A DNA stretch of 64,000 bases, taken from NCBI GenBank assembly GCA_976226885.1, contig OZ320319.1:25854001-25918000 (forward strand). The letters are read 5' to 3'. Below are positions 61,710-64,000 of the stretch, piece after piece; within the stretch, counting starts at the first letter, position 1; each line of letters opens with the position of its first letter. Below the pieces are notes generated by a model. The model did not search any database. It was given only the letters and a program-made list of their open reading frames with translations, and was not told the origin of the DNA. The translations under genes were made by a program, and so were the position numbers. Source of the DNA: Iphione sp. A-MEVVRFRX5 (Eukaryota).

Positions 61710-62401
61710 CTAGACAAAATGGGGAAAGCAGGTTTGCATGGGTCTGCACAAGTTTGTCTTTGCATTGAACTCTTTGCTGAACATAAATTGTATTCATTGT
61801 AATACACATGCAAAAAAAATCAAATCAAGAGTGGTACATTTGTATGCTACTTATTCATTTTTTTAAAATCCTCGAAGGTCTGTTAATTTTTACCTAAGTG
61901 ATCACTTAACCAAGGCATTTTCTCTAATCATCTCTTCCTCTGATCAGCAGATAAATGATTAGATAGAATCTTCACAATTCAATGGAAAACATATAACAGA
62001 AGGAAGTAGGGAGGAAGAGAGGAAAGCAGTGGTAAGAGGGATGGAGAGAGAGAGAGTGGGAAAAGAGGAATGGAAAGAATACACAAAATGATCCCAGAAA
62101 CCTATTCGAAATAAGTGTAGGGGACAATTAGTAAATTATGGAACTAAAATCGACAATGAATGTCTCTTTCATGCCTATTTGTTTCACTAATACATCGAAT
62201 ACAGAAAGACAGTTCAACACAATTTTTTTTGCAGTGCAGCAACCCACACAATGAGATTCAAAGACAGGATTCCCATAAAACAAAGGATGCAGCAAGGAGC
62301 AAACACTAATATATTCAATGGCAGTGAATAGGATATGGGTGAAGGTTTGGAAATACATAGTTTGACGGCGCATTTGGACTGAGAGTATATAAATGTATTA
62401 C

Positions 62402-62527
62402 AATCACAGTGTCAATTGATTGTATCTGTTTGTGCAGTGCTTTCTTGCTTTGTGTCAATATTTTTTTTTGAATCACAGTGTCAATTGATTGTATCTGTTT
62501 CTGCAATGCTTTCTTGCTTTGTGTCAA
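62402..62527. repeat. 57-bp direct duplication (69-bp period, 2 mismatches)
   Basis: AATCACAGTGTCAATTGATTGTATCTGTTT...TTCTTGCTTTGTGTCAA occurs at 62402 and 62471. Confidence 0.92.
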
Positions 62528-64000
62528 CTTATTTTAAATTGCATTTGTTCATCTATTTCTTCCATGCCAGAGAAAACTAGTTAACAAGAGTTAAATTTTA
62601 AAACATTCAGCAATTGATTATTTCATTTTGAGACGAACTACTGAAACCCAGCAGGCTCTTATAGCTGGTACTTACTACAGGTTTGGTTATATCCATTAAA
62701 AGTTGAGATACCTAGGTAAAGCCAAACGTTTGTTACATTAGGATTACTTTTGTGTCGATTATTTGCTAAGCTCCAAGAATTCCTCCAGTAATATTTTGCT
62801 TCGCTTCTTACAGAAACAACTTCGGATACTGTCCTTATAAAAGTATCTCATAGTTCTTTAATGGAGTTATTTCAGGAAGCAGTTGACCCCAAAATATATT
62901 TTCTACTTGACATTTATTTCAGTTAACACATAAAATGTGTCAACAGAAATTATGCATCAGACATAATAGCTATTTAGAAACAGCAAATCATATTTGCGAA
63001 AATGCACACAGACAAGATGAAGGAACAGAACAGCACAAAGAAATGCATAAATTAATTCTCCTTTTATTCATTTACTCAAGGGTACTTGTATGCTCACAAG
63101 TACAGGGTAAATTCGGTAGGTATAAACATCATGAAGCCAGTCTTGCATCAGTCAACAAGCTTTCACATTGAATCTTATTCACTGTGGGAAAGCATATCGA
63201 TTAACTTTTAAACAGTGACATGAACCACACATATATAGCGAACGATATCGGTTTACACATTACATAAAAACATATTCAAACGGGGGAAAAAAATGAGAAA
63301 AAAATGCGGCATACTAAATAGAAAAACCCGAACACAGGAACTATTCCTGACTTAATAGAGAAAACACAAAAATACATCGTTTTCTGTTTCTGGTTCTGCA
63401 GCTCCTCATGTCATCATTGGCGGGGAACACATCTGCCACCAATTAAAATAAGTACTTTGGTCTTATATGGCACGAAGCGGATAAAAAACATAACGGCAAA
63501 CACAAATTCAAACACGTACACACACACACACAGAAACCTCTGACAATATTAGATACAAGCAAATATGAAATAAGCATGCAAGTAAATGGCAGCCTGCATA
63601 ACAGGAAAATCATTCGCACATGGATCAAACGCTCTTACCACAGAATAAATAATATCTACACTGACCCAAACGAACGCATCATTAAGGGAAACAACTGATG
63701 TTTTGATTTCAATAAGAACTCTTTATTGCTCAAGACATTATGACCTTGATTTCTGATCCACCGGGGGGAAAACCAGAAACGTCCCTGACCGTCTTGTTCG
63801 CGATGTCTCTTGGCTATGCATATTGAAAATCTCTCCACCAATTAAAACGAACTATTCTTCTGAGGTACAAAAAAAAATTGACATTCGGTGATGACAAGTT
63901 CGGTGAAATCCCTTTTAAAAATGAAAATGCATTGGTTAAGTGATCGGTTCGGTGAAGTCCCTGCTATATTTTATTTTCATGCCTTTCGGAGGAAATTAAT

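Overview
AT-rich animal genomic DNA, probably a lophotrochozoan and most likely an annelid. That taxon call is an inference from the FaNaC-type channel and is not database-confirmed. There is one assembly gap (38595-38889). Two host genes are supportable. The first is a two-exon DEG/ENaC-family peptide-gated sodium channel of the annelid FaNaC type on + (28237-28389 joined to 34261-35805, 565 aa). The second is the terminal exon of a protein with two dsRNA-binding domains and an RGG/Gly-Ser-Tyr-rich tail on - (59264-61008). The rest is transposon-rich. It contains a Ty3/Gypsy LTR retrotransposon on - (1-5717, 3' LTR outside the window) with a tRNA-Leu primer site, a GGGAAAC -1 frameshift signal plus predicted pseudoknot, and two CGA>TGA-type stops in pol. 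A diverged solo LTR of the same family lies at about 54660-55450. A tyrosine-recombinase (DIRS-order, Ngaro-like) retrotransposon with three uninterrupted ORFs and atypical hairpin-rich ends lies at about 46800-51460. Also present are truncated CR1/L2-like and L1/Tx1-like LINEs, a pogo-like TIR element, and several MITEs. I found no rRNA, tRNA gene or CRISPR array. I cannot demonstrate a wholly new biological system. The strongest leads are the YR retroelement (termini and ORF expression), the Gypsy recoding signal and CpG decay, the FaNaC orthologue, and the deaminase-less double-dsRBD protein.
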